Below, in pieces: positions 42,104-51,993 of a DNA stretch of 64,000 nucleotides. Below the pieces are notes generated by a model. The model was not told where the DNA came from, did no database searches, and was given only the letters and a program-made list of their open reading frames with translations. Position numbers and translations under genes: made by a program. Position 1 is the first letter of the stretch; the number at the start of each line of letters is the position of its first letter. Where the stretch lies: the NCBI GenBank assembly GCA_965262915.1, contig OZ253564.1, positions 4,128,001 through 4,192,000 on the forward strand, in the 5' to 3' direction. This stretch comes from Candidatus Spongiisociaceae bacterium. GTDB lineage: Bacteria; Actinomycetota; Acidimicrobiia; Spongiisociales; Spongiisociaceae.

Positions 42104-42320
42104 TCAGTCGAGGTATCTGACCTGTGGGCATACTTCGTCTAAAGGTTTGCCGGTGACCAGCATGTAAAGCACGAGAGGACTCATGTCGTAGCGTTCGTCT
42201 TCCCAGGAGACGCCGCCGCCGTCGAGTGCATGAACCGACTCGAAGTATTCCCGGTCCGACCACAGGGCCGCCGCGAGGTTAGCTGACCACACCTGGACAG
42301 GCTGATAATTACCCGCAGAG
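42104..42320 (-). pseudogene. DUF2442-like fragment
   Basis: FESVHALDGGGVSWEDERYDMSPLVLY; N-terminus replaced by a transposase fragment. Confidence 0.5.
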
Positions 42321-42481
42321 CCGGAAACAACACGACGGTTGGGCCGGTTGGGGTTGCGGGTCTTGGCGGTGGCCATAACGCGGCCCAAGTGCCGTCTGTT
42401 ACTGAAGTGCTCGCATTCTGGGGCCAGTTGCTCTCGTTTGTGGCGTTTGTTGGTCCGCCATCAATGGCCACGAGCCTGTTT

Positions 42482-43240
42482 TTATCGAACCGACGCATCG
42501 CCCCTCCTTTTGTTGGGACAGGTCTCACCGTCTCTGTTGCCCCGGCGAGAGGCATACACGAGCCGGGGCACCATAATGACGGCAACAAGAGCGAACAGAA
42601 ACAGCGATACTGCCACGACCCCCTTCCACTCTGCCGTGCGAAGGGGGATGGCCTTCACGGCGATACTACCTGCCACTATCAGAGCTGCAACCCGCGCAGC
42701 GCCGACCACTAACGCGTCACTGGGTGCAGGGATATGCTGACCTTCACGCCACGCAGTGGTGAGAAGCATCCCCGCCAAAGCCACTAAGTACACGAGGGAC
42801 CGCTCGGCGGCGACGCCTAGATCCCGGGCGACAGACATAGCGCGCGACGGTACCGCAACCAGCCAGTGTACTGCTAAGCCAGCTAGGAGGAGAAGACAAG
42901 CATTCACCGCCCAGTGCGCTAGCCGTCTGCCAGATGCTGCATCATCTCGGTCTGGTGCACGATCACCCAGCCGCTCGCCACTCGGGGGCTGAATGATTGC
43001 CTTAGCCAGTACGCCAGCGCCGAGGCCACCAAAGAAGGCAAGTCCGAACCGTAGGAGTTCCGTCTGGTCGGGCAATCCGTCCCCAACGAGGCGGAGCAAT
43101 ACCATCAACGCAGCCACTACCCCAAGCTCCACCCCCGACCGCCAGCGAGGTGGTTTAGTCGTCCACCATCTCCAAACCGTTCCGACGACTCTTCTCACGG
43201 CTAGAACGAACATGCCTAGACCGGGCAACCTTAATCTCAT
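42482..43240 (-). CDS. Hypothetical multi-pass membrane protein
   Basis: About six hydrophobic segments in 252 aa. Confidence 0.6.
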   Translation of the reverse strand: MRLRLPGLGMFVLAVRRVVGTVWRWWTTKPPRWRSGVELGVVAALMVLLRLVGDGLPDQTELLRFGLAFFGGLGAGVLAKAIIQPPSGERLGDRAPDRDDAASGRRLAHWAVNACLLLLAGLAVHWLVAVPSRAMSVARDLGVAAERSLVYLVALAGMLLTTAWREGQHIPAPSDALVVGAARVAALIVAGSIAVKAIPLRTAEWKGVVAVSLFLFALVAVIMVPRLVYASRRGNRDGETCPNKRRGDASVR

Positions 43241-43711
43241 GGGTGAGATGTTAACCCGACCGTGCTACGGCGGCTCTTGTACCAATCTACGTGGCGAAGT
43301 GGTTGTCGAGATGCTTGACCCTGATTGCCACGGTACCATCGTAGCAGTATTCGCTGTCGACTACGGCTTCGATAGGTAGGCTGACCGCGTTGTTGCGGGC
43401 GGTCGCTGTGGTGAGGACCCGTCCGGCGTATTGGGGGCATATGAACCTCAGGACACCGTCGGGTTCACGTCCTGCTACGGACCAGCGCCATTGGGCCGCC
43501 CGCTACGTGTATCAGTCTCACAACTCGTTGCTTGCCAGTTTATGTGGTGGTGTGTGGAAATCGGTGGTGTCCGGACGGCGGAGAGGAACGTTCCGCAGTG
43601 TTCTATCTATCAGGGTTGTGGTGGACGGCGACCATTACAGCGTGGATGGCGGTGGTCACCTAGTTCAAGGGGACGACCCTAACCCCCCGGATACCGCCAG
43701 AATGGACTCCA

Positions 43712-43960
43712 CTATGCGAGCAACGGCAGAGGCGAAACATGGTGGTGATGATGGCGCGGTCCCGAGCCGAGGGGCACCGCTCGACAGCCCGTAGCAGCAT
43801 TCGATGTGACCACCACGTCATAGCGATGCTCGTCCGCTGCATCGAGCAAGGCACTATTCGCTAGTTCCTCCCAATCCAACTCCGCAGCTGTATCGACACT
43901 GTGAGGATCGAGATATCGTCGAAGCGGAGCAGGGGTGCAATTATCGAACAGTATTCTCAT
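43712..43960 (-). pseudogene. DUF5615/VapC45-like PIN toxin, 3'-truncated
   Basis: MRILFDNCTP...W..L.N..LLDAA...YDVVVT; homologous to 52507-52794 up to this point. Confidence 0.75.
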
Positions 43961-43987
43961 CGCATTGCCTGTTGCGCTCAAACACCC

Positions 43988-44464
43988 CTACGCGGCGGTT
44001 GCCCTGGCAGCAACTGTTTTTCGCAGATGGTCTAGAAGGACTCTTACCTGACGTATGTCCACAGCGGGGAACCACTCACAAAACTGTTCGATGGTCGCGC
44101 CACTCTCCAAATTGGCGAACAGAGCATCAACTGGGACACGCGTACCCCGGAACTCCCAAGCACCGCTGAGCCTATCGGGATGCCGCGCGACTACTTCGCA
44201 GTCCTCCCAAACGGTAGCCAACCGACCCCAAGCCTTGTTGGCTCCACGGTTCAGCAGGTCCGATAGTTCTCCTTCGGAGATACCGACCGCGCTCGCCAGA
44301 TCAGACTCCGAGTATGAGTTGATCCACCAGATGTGTAGCAAGATATCCAGCAGGCGTGACTCGACATCCAGGGCATCTGGCTCATCTCGCCACACCTCCG
44401 CCGCGCTGGCTAAGTCCGTGAGTGTGTATCCCATCTCTCTATCCGCTGTGCAGGGAACTCCCAT
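43988..44464 (-). CDS. HTH + DUF433 antitoxin
   Basis: PDRLSGAW.FRGTRVPV..LF.NLESGATIEQF.EWFP. Confidence 0.85.
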   Translation of the reverse strand: MGVPCTADREMGYTLTDLASAAEVWRDEPDALDVESRLLDILLHIWWINSYSESDLASAVGISEGELSDLLNRGANKAWGRLATVWEDCEVVARHPDRLSGAWEFRGTRVPVDALFANLESGATIEQFCEWFPAVDIRQVRVLLDHLRKTVAARATAA

Positions 44465-44633
44465 CGTACCATGAGGCCACCAAACTGCATGCCCCCCTAT
44501 GTGTTGCCAAGCCGCCCGGGGGTCCGGCTCTGGGCCTTTGGCGTTGGCAGGATGTGTAGACGGCTTGGGTTACCGAAGCCGCGAGTGAGGTGACGTCGTC
44601 CGGCTGAGTCTGTGATCATCGTCCAGTTCTGCC

Positions 44634-44900
44634 GTGACTGGCGGACCTGGCCCGAAGATCGGGAATGGATGCTCGAAGGCGAACCCCGACCCGGCCGGCG
44701 ACCCGTACGACCTGGCGAAGGTCGCGGCTGTAGTCCGCGGGTTGTGCGAACGTTGGGACCATCCGACCCCCGCCTGGATCGAAGGCGTCCGCGCTCCGAC
44801 CGAGATTCTTCTATTCCTAGACAAAGTCCCGCTTAACCCAGAGTACGAGCGGAGCATACGTGAGGTTGCTCCGCCAGCTTGCGCGAAGCATGGCGTCTAA
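44634..44900 (+). pseudogene. Fragment homologous to 51033-51536 protein
   Basis: DL.KVAAVV..LC.R...APPAC..H.V shared with 51033-51536. Confidence 0.6.
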
Positions 44901-44939
44901 TTACGAGGCGGACATGTTGGAGTACAAGAAGGACGTGTT

Positions 44940-45148
44940 CCGACGGCTCCGCCCGAAGATACGTTTCGGTGTATCCCCGTCTCTGCCATGGAACCTCTGA
45001 GGAGCAGAACCGTTGGGAACTGCTTGACGGGGGCAGGGGAATATCGTGGCCCGACCTTGACGAGGACATCGCAGTGAGAGACCTGCTCGACGGTATACCG
45101 TCGGGAGAGTCGGCAAGGTCGCTGGCTGCAGGCCCGCAAGCAGGGTAG
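44940..45148 (+). pseudogene. DUF2442 fragment
   Basis: YPRL.HGT.EE...WEL..GGRGI.WPDLDEDI.V..LL.G.PSGES. Confidence 0.7.
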
Positions 45149-45344
45149 GCCCCTGACCCTGTACGACTTGGCCGCATACGAAGAGTCAGACGACTTCCGC
45201 AACAAAGCCGCTCTTCCGTAAGCCGCGTACGCGCAGGCTGCCTCGTCGTATTGGCGTGCTGCGCCCGTTGGTCGTCGCGGAACCGCTACTGTCGTTCCTG
45301 GTCAGGGGCGGTCTCGAAGACCCCATGGGGGGTAGGCGCGGGGG

Positions 45345-45776
45345 TCAGGGACGGGCATACAGTTCGACTTTGGTGGCGTCCACCGACGCTTGGAAATACT
45401 TGTTGTCGATGAACTTGTAGGAGCCTATGTCGATCTGTTCGCGGCCTTCGGTTTCGGTGAGCCACCCGTCGAAAACGTCTCGGAGGGCGGCCCGGAGCGC
45501 ACGGTAGTTGACCGGATACGCCGACCCGGGACGGGTTGGGGGTCCGAACGGGCAGTGTTCGGAAGGTCCGTCGTAGGCCATGCCCGCTCCCGGCGCGAAC
45601 ACGACCATGAAATCCAAGTCTGATAGTCGGGGCTGATAGTCGGGGCTGACAGCCGACCCGTACAGCCACAGCCGGTCCACGTGGAACTGTTCGCACGCTG
45701 CCCGTATCTGCGGCAGCCGGTCGCGGACGAAACGGCGAAGACGCGGCGTGAACGGAACATCGACAGCGACAGCCAT
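45345..45776 (-). CDS. MNT-type nucleotidyltransferase
   Basis: LWLYGSAV...SDLDFMV.F...ID...I.NKYF..SV; no HEPN partner adjacent. Confidence 0.8.
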   Translation of the reverse strand: MAVAVDVPFTPRLRRFVRDRLPQIRAACEQFHVDRLWLYGSAVSPDYQPRLSDLDFMVVFAPGAGMAYDGPSEHCPFGPPTRPGSAYPVNYRALRAALRDVFDGWLTETEGREQIDIGSYKFIDNKYFQASVDATKVELYARP

Positions 45777-45912
45777 AACCCCGCCCATTCTACCGGACCG
45801 AACCGGACCGTCCCCGTGTTCGACACCACACCGGATACCGAGCTTCGAGAGGGGGGCTCTGCCCAGCAGTTGCTGTTGAGCCTGTGGCGGACGATAGCTA
45901 CTGCGGTCTGAT

Positions 45913-45996
45913 GAGGTGCCAGATTCCGGCTGAGGAGGTGACAGACTCGTGGGACCCCTACCATTACCCCTGGTCAGGGGTGGTCGCGAAGACCCC
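45913..45996 (+). repeat. Dispersed island motif, copy D
   Basis: GAGGTGCC..GAGGTGAC..GACCCCTACC..CCTGGTCAGGGGTGGTCGCGAAGACCCC. Confidence 0.75.
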
Positions 45997-46175
45997 ACGA
46001 CACGGCGGCCGTGACGAAATGCGCACCGCCCGTTTCGCCCGAGCAGCGCAGCAGCGTCTGGCCGGACAGTCCTTCGACCCCGACACGCTGTTCCAGCACG
46101 ACCCTGTCACGCTGCTCGATGCCTGAAATACACCGCGACGGAGCACTGGTGTTCCAACTCGTGGTGCACCGCCTG

Positions 46176-47386
46176 GGGTGGTGATCCGTTCCCGCAAGCC
46201 CCGCCCGTTGTGTGAGTCCTGTGGCGGCCCGGTGTGGTCCAAGGGTCACAGAACGGTTGTGTTGGTGGATTTACCGGCGTTCGGCGTCCGGTTCGGCTGC
46301 GGTGGCGGAAACGCCGTTGGACATGTCCGAACCCCGACTGTGAGATCAGGTCGTTCATCGAACAAGACCCCACGATTGGTCCCCAACGGGCGTTGTTGAC
46401 CTCCCGAGCGGCCCGGTGGGTGACCATCCAGGTGGGTGGGCGGGGCCGTTCGGTCGACGAGGTCGCCGCGGAGCTTGGTTGTGGGTGGCATACGGTGAAC
46501 AACGAGGTCGGCCGCTGGGGCGAAGCCCTGTTGGAAGCCGACACCGACCGGATAGGCGAGGTCCAAGCTGTGGGCATCGACAAGAAGCGTTGTTCTGGCG
46601 GAAAGGCCGGTGGCGCACCAAAGTCTGGTGCACCTCTGTCGTCGACGTGGGAGGCCACCAGCCGGTTCGACATAGTCGGTGGTAGAACGGCAGAAAGCGC
46701 CGCAGCCTGGTTCCGGGCGCAGCCCACCGAATGGTGTGAGGCTATCCGCTGGGCGGTGTCGGGTCATGTCCGGTTCGTATCGGAAGGCGTATGACAGGGT
46801 GCTGCCCCACGCCCCCGGGGTAGCGGACCCGTTCGGTGTCAGCCGCCTCGCCAACCAGCGTCTCGACGACCTACGACGAAGAGTCCAAAACGAAACCCTG
46901 GGACACAGAGGCCGCAAGGATGACCCGCTGTATCGGATACGCCGCCTCCTCACCGCCGCGCATGAGAGGATCAGCGACCGCGGTCAAACACGGCTGCGTG
47001 GCCTCCTCGATGCCGGTGACCCCCACGGGGAGGTACGCACAGCCTGGCACGCGACCGAAACGGTACGGGGCATCTACGGGATCGAAAGTCCCGCCCTTGC
47101 TCTCCGGTACACCGTCGGGCTCGCGGACGACCTCCAGGACGAATCCTGCCCACCCGAGATCAACAAGCTGGGTCGCACCATCGCCCGCTGGACCCCCCAG
47201 ATCACCAACTGGCACATCTCGAAGGTAACCAACAGACGCCACCGAAGCCCTCAACAACCTGATCAAACGGATCAAACGAGCAGCGTTCGGGTTACCCAAC
47301 TTCGCGAACTACCGAATCCGCGCCCTTCTCTACGCCGGGAAACCCAACTGGGACCTCCTCGCATCGGTCACTCCCCACTGAAATCC
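46176..47386 (+). pseudogene. ISL3-family transposase remnant with multiple frameshifts
   Basis: Close inverted homolog of 48842-50140; its right TIR is split by IS110 and resumes at 50304 (GAAGAGCC). Confidence 0.9.
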
Positions 47387-47400
47387 ACTCATAATTAGAA

Positions 47401-47580
47401 GGTTCCTGGGCTAGGGCGGGTCTGACCCAACTGAAATCTGGCCTTGTGCCTTTTCATCGATCTGTCGGCCCGTTCCCGGCCTGGGGCGTAACCCCCTGAC
47501 CCGGGGCGGATGTGACCTAATAGGAGCCTTCAACTTCTCCACCGTGAGTGGCCTGTCCAACCGCACACGGGTCCGGGGAT
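47401..47580 (+). ncRNA. Putative IS110 bridge RNA
   Basis: Two stem/internal-loop units: ACTGAAATC + TTCATCGAT match the target; ATAGGAGC + TGAGTGG match the element ends. Confidence 0.78.
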
Positions 47581-47616
47581 CGGAAATGATTCTATCCCCT
47601 AGAGGAGAAGAGCATC

Positions 47617-48855
47617 ATGGGAGAAGCAGACCAGATTATCTACGGTGGGGTTGACACCCATCGGGACGTCCACGTAGCAGCGGTGGTGGATGGCGTCGGG
47701 CGGGTACTGGGATCGGAGTCTTTCGCGGTGGAGGAATCCGGTTATCGGCGAATGGTCACCTGGTTCGAGTCGCGGGGACAGTTGGTTCGGGTTGGGGTGG
47801 AAGGAACGGGTAGTTACGGCGCCGGCCTGGCCCGTTACCTGACCGAGATGAACATCGAGGTGGTGGAGGTCAACCGCCCCAACCGCCAACTACGCCGCCA
47901 GAAGGGCGGCAAGACCGACAGCGTCGACGCCGAGGCGGCAGCTCGGGCAGCTGCCTCGGGCGAAGCAACCGCGGTTCCCAAGTCCGGTGTGGGCCCGGTC
48001 GAGTGCATACGGATGCTGTGGGTGGTGCGCCGCTCCGCGGTCAAGGCCCGCACCCAGGCCGCTAACCAGATACATGCGCTGGTCGTAACAGCTCCCGAGC
48101 CGCTAAAACACCAGCTAAAGGGCATGAATCTCAAAGCACGGGTCAAAACCTGTGCCCGGTTCCGACCCGGCACAGACCACACCACCACCGCGTATGCGAA
48201 GCGTGCCCTACAGCATTTGGCCCGCCGGTATCAGGCCCTCGACGTAGAGATCGCCCAACTCGAAGCCGAGATCCGGCGTCTCTGCGCCCAGGCCAACCCG
48301 GCCCTGCTGGCCACAGAAGGTGTCGGTCCTGACACAGCCGCCGCGTTGTTGGTCGCCGCCGGCGACAACCCCAAGCGAATGAAATCGGAACGGTCTTTCG
48401 CGGCGCTGTGCGGCGCCAGCCCCGTCCAGGCGTCATCAGGACGAACCCTTCGGCATCGTCTCAACCGGGGCGGCAACCGCCAAGCCAACAACGCGCTATG
48501 GCGGATCGCTACCACCCGGATGCGCACCGACGCCGCCACCAAAGCCTACGTGGCACGACGCAAGGCCGAGGGCAAGAAGAAAAAGGAGATCATCCGCTGC
48601 CTCAAGCGGCACATCGCCCGAGAAATCTACCGGCTCCTCACCAACCCGCACCCAACCCCGAACTGCGCCCGCCTACGCACCCGACGCCAACAACGCGGCA
48701 TCACCCTCACCCAGACCGCCCAAGCCGTCGGAACCCACCCCAATCGCATCTCAGCACTCGAACACGGCCGAGACCACAACCACCACCTCGCCACCCGATA
48801 CCAGAACTGGCTGCACACCCACCAAACCGGCTCATCGGATTTCAGTGGGGAGTGA
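47617..48855 (+). CDS. IS110-family recombinase with extra C-terminal XRE-like HTH
   Basis: GGVDTH, VGVEGTGSYG, KTDSVDA, GVGP, SSG, LNRGGNRQAN, RCLKRHIAREIY; last codons come from the inserted ISL3 (native end APSSI* at 50270-50287). Confidence 0.95.
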   Translation: MGEADQIIYGGVDTHRDVHVAAVVDGVGRVLGSESFAVEESGYRRMVTWFESRGQLVRVGVEGTGSYGAGLARYLTEMNIEVVEVNRPNRQLRRQKGGKTDSVDAEAAARAAASGEATAVPKSGVGPVECIRMLWVVRRSAVKARTQAANQIHALVVTAPEPLKHQLKGMNLKARVKTCARFRPGTDHTTTAYAKRALQHLARRYQALDVEIAQLEAEIRRLCAQANPALLATEGVGPDTAAALLVAAGDNPKRMKSERSFAALCGASPVQASSGRTLRHRLNRGGNRQANNALWRIATTRMRTDAATKAYVARRKAEGKKKKEIIRCLKRHIAREIYRLLTNPHPTPNCARLRTRRQQRGITLTQTAQAVGTHPNRISALEHGRDHNHHLATRYQNWLHTHQTGSSDFSGE

Positions 48856-50261
48856 CCGATGGGAGTAGGTCCCAGTTGGGTTTCCCCGCGTAGAGAAGGG
48901 CGCGGATTCGGTAGTTCGCGAAGTTGCGGAACCCGAACGCTGCTCGTTTGATCCGTTTGATGAGGTTGTTGAGGGCTTCGGTGGGTCCGTTGGTTACCTT
49001 CGAGATGTGCCAGTTGGTGATCTGGGGGGTCCAGCGGGCGATGGTACGACCCAGCTTGTTGATCTCGGGTGGGCAGGATTCGTGTTGGAGGTCGTCTGCG
49101 AGCTGGAGGGTGTATCGGAGAGCAAGGACCGGACTCTCGATCCCGTAGATGCCTCGTACCGTCTCTTTCGCGTGCCAGGCTGTGCGCACTTCCCCGTAGG
49201 GGTCACCAGCATCGAGGAGACCACGCAGCCGTATTTGACCCCGGTCGCTGATCCTCTCATGCGCAGCGGTTAGGAGCCGCCGTATCCGATACAGCGGGTC
49301 ATCCTTGCGGCCTCGATGCCCGAGGGTTTCGTTTTGGACTCTTCGTCGTACCTCGTCGAGACGCTGGTTGGCGAGGCGGATGACGTGGAACGGGTCCGCT
49401 ACCTGCAGCGCGTGCGGCAGCACCCTGTCATACGCCTTCCGATACGAACCGGACATGTCCAACACCGCCCAGCGGATAGCCTCACACCATTCGGTGGGTT
49501 GTGACCGGAACCAGGCTGCGGCGCTTTCTGCTGTTCTACCAGGGACTATGTCGATCAGCTGGTGGCCGCCAACGTCGACGACAGAGGTGCACCAGACTTT
49601 GGTACGCCAACGGCCCCGACGCCAGAACAACGTCTCGTCCACTCCCACAGCTTCGACGGTCCCGACCCGATCGGTGTCTGCTTCCAGCAGCGCTTCGCCC
49701 CAGCGGCCAACCTCTTTGTTCACCGTATGCCAATCACAACCAAGTTCTGCGGCGACCTCGTCGACCGAACGGCCCCGCCCACCCACCTGGATGGTCACCC
49801 ACCGGGCCGCTCGGGATGTCAACAACGCCCGTTGGGGACCAATCTTGGGGTCTTGTTCGATGAACGATCTGAGCGCACAGTCGGGGTTCGGACATGTCCA
49901 GCGCCGTTTCCGCCACCGCAGCCGCACAGGCCGGCCGAACGCCGGTAAATCCACCAACACAACCGTCCGATAGCCCTTCGACCACACCGACCCGCCACAG
50001 GACTCACACAACGGCCGGGGCTTGCGGGACCGGATCACCACCTCCAACGGTGCCTCCTCGCCCGGGTCGTTGATCCCTACCAGATCAACCTCACCTAGGC
50101 CTACCAACTTCTCGCACATGCGCGTAGGATCAGCTTCCACAGGGGTCCTCCTGCCTCGGATGTCATTACCAACACCCGATTATGGAGGACCCCTCCTCAC
50201 TTCTGGTGGATTCCAACTCCCCCTGGCAGATCCCCTACTCCCCACTCATTTCCGAAGAGCC
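48829..50261 (-). mobile_element. Intact ISL3-family insertion sequence
   Basis: TIR GGCTCATCGGATTTCAGTGGGGAGT / GGCTCTTCGGAAATGAGTGGGGAGT; 8-bp TSD ACCAAACC at 48821-48828 and 50262-50269. Confidence 0.93.
48842..50140 (-). CDS. ISL3-family transposase
   Basis: Zn finger, GVDET, LDMS..Y, ADPFHV, TNGPTEALNNLIKRIKRAAFGFRNF.NYRIR. Confidence 0.96.
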   Translation of the reverse strand: MEADPTRMCEKLVGLGEVDLVGINDPGEEAPLEVVIRSRKPRPLCESCGGSVWSKGYRTVVLVDLPAFGRPVRLRWRKRRWTCPNPDCALRSFIEQDPKIGPQRALLTSRAARWVTIQVGGRGRSVDEVAAELGCDWHTVNKEVGRWGEALLEADTDRVGTVEAVGVDETLFWRRGRWRTKVWCTSVVDVGGHQLIDIVPGRTAESAAAWFRSQPTEWCEAIRWAVLDMSGSYRKAYDRVLPHALQVADPFHVIRLANQRLDEVRRRVQNETLGHRGRKDDPLYRIRRLLTAAHERISDRGQIRLRGLLDAGDPYGEVRTAWHAKETVRGIYGIESPVLALRYTLQLADDLQHESCPPEINKLGRTIARWTPQITNWHISKVTNGPTEALNNLIKRIKRAAFGFRNFANYRIRALLYAGKPNWDLLPSVTPH

Positions 50262-50412
50262 ACCAAACCGCCCCATCATCGATTTGACAACCATAGGAGC
50301 ATCGAAGAGCCCCATAAGCCCCGTCCGTCGTGTGGGGCGTGTGGTGGGTTGGTGTGGTCCAAGGGTGAGCGGACGGTGGTGTTGGTGGATTTGCCGGGTA
50401 CGGTGAGGACGA

Positions 50413-51036
50413 TTATGTGCGTCCATCGTATTCGTCGACGAGCCTAGTCAGGCGCTCCCGGATTCCTTTACCCGAGCGCTTGTCCGCGAGGAGGGAGTGA
50501 ATATCTCGGCAAACGCTGGACACCCAGTCTCGTTCGTGCCGGTAGGCGGCATTCGCGGAGAAGGTACTGTCACACAACGCCATCAGGTCGTCATAGTAAA
50601 CGATACCGGTGAACTCCGCGAGGTCGAGTATATCCTGGATGTCTTTACCGCGACCTGACAGCAGTTTCAATGCCAATAGTGTTTCAGGGTCCGCCGCCCG
50701 AACCAGTAGTGAACTGCCTTCGTAAACCGTACCGAACGACGTGCTAGGAAGATCGGCGTCGATTATCTGGCCAGCATCATCATTGATCCAGTTGTCGGCC
50801 ATCCCATGGCGTCGAGCAACGATACGGGATGCTTCCAGAACTTGTGGTGGGATTGGTCCCGCGACGACGTCCACATCTTGGGTGAGCCTTCCCCCAATAA
50901 TACCTCCGATCGCAGCGCCCCCAATCACATACAGAACATACATGTTCCCGGGTGGAGTTTCTGAACATAGTACTTCGTCGACTTCGGCAAGCAGGCCCAT
51001 CAATTCAGAGTGGGTGCGGTATGGAAGCACACTCAC
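50413..51036 (-). CDS. Nucleotidyltransferase (DUF6036/AbiEii-like), putative toxin
   Basis: YVIGGAAI, R.TQDVDV, NWIND, LLALKL.SGR.KD.QD; GTGA overlap with upstream gene. Confidence 0.8.
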   Translation of the reverse strand: MSVLPYRTHSELMGLLAEVDEVLCSETPPGNMYVLYVIGGAAIGGIIGGRLTQDVDVVAGPIPPQVLEASRIVARRHGMADNWINDDAGQIIDADLPSTSFGTVYEGSSLLVRAADPETLLALKLLSGRGKDIQDILDLAEFTGIVYYDDLMALCDSTFSANAAYRHERDWVSSVCRDIHSLLADKRSGKGIRERLTRLVDEYDGRT

Positions 51037-51536
51037 CGGATTATGAACTCGGTGTAGTTCTCCTTCGTTACCCGGCTGCGCACGGAGGCGATGAACTGAT
51101 AGTCGAACCACACATTATGGTATTCGCAAGCGGGGGGAGCGTTCACCAAGGTATGTTCCCAGATGAATCCCCGCATAGTACAACTCCGATCCCAGGCCAA
51201 CGCTACGGCCGATTTATGGCCCCACACCCAGTCTGTAATCTGGACCCCGTCACGATCACAAAGAGCATGAACCACGGCAGCGATCCGGCAAAGATCCTCT
51301 GGGTCTGGACCCACAGGAGCGTCTTTGATCATGATCTCCCGGTCCTGCGGAAAGGAGTCCCACTGCTTGATGAGAAGGGAGAGAGGTACGTGAGGTCTGG
51401 ATTCGCCGGGTTTCATGAGGGAAGGGAGGTCTGCCGCCCTTACCCGTCGGTAAGGCGCTGCCTTCTCATAGGATGGTGGTTGATTAACGATCCTCACGGG
51501 CACGCTCGTGACCCCCGACACGCTCTTTAGGCGCAT
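51033..51536 (-). CDS. Putative antitoxin/partner of the nucleotidyltransferase
   Basis: Translationally coupled; IAAVVHALC..APPAC.YHNVWF. Confidence 0.65.
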   Translation of the reverse strand: MRLKSVSGVTSVPVRIVNQPPSYEKAAPYRRVRAADLPSLMKPGESRPHVPLSLLIKQWDSFPQDREIMIKDAPVGPDPEDLCRIAAVVHALCDRDGVQITDWVWGHKSAVALAWDRSCTMRGFIWEHTLVNAPPACEYHNVWFDYQFIASVRSRVTKENYTEFIIR

Positions 51537-51814
51537 AGCACTTACCTCACCGTCTAGTCTACTAGCGGATCTGGGTTAGTTTCGGATGACGCTCGCTGCG
51601 AGTTGCCGCCCGATTCTTCCTGGCGCCGTTAACTACCGCTAACCCATCCCGTCGCCAGGGGGCGCCCCACACCCACCCGGGTACCCCCAATAAACCAACC
51701 CCGGCCGATCTCGCGTGTCGTGTGTCGTGGGTCGCTGCGTGTCTCTCAGCGATGGCCCCGCGTGCCACCGGGCTTTCAGTGACTGAGGCCTACCACGCCA
51801 GTCGCGTCTGAGCC

Positions 51815-51900
51815 GAGGTGACGTCCTGCCTAGTTCGGAGGTGACGTCGTCCCTAGACTCATATCGAAGTGCCTGCTCGGGGGTGGTCGCGAGGATCCTC
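51815..51900 (+). repeat. Dispersed island motif, copy E
   Basis: GAGGTGACGTCCTGCCTAGTTCGGAGGTGACGTCGTCCC...GGGGGTGGTCGCGAGGATCC. Confidence 0.8.
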
Positions 51901-51993
51901 AGCTTCGCTACGGTCAAACGGGTAGGGCGCGGTACCAATGTTGAGCAGCGCCGCCGCGAAGTCGTTGCCGGAACCTATTAGACTGAAGGAGTC

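Larger units (their letters stand above)
47386..50303 (+). mobile_element. IS110-family element interrupted by ISL3
   Basis: Left end CACTCATAAT, right end TTGACAACCATAGGAGCATC; (A)TC core at both junctions; flanks rejoin into an ISL3 TIR. Confidence 0.85.
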
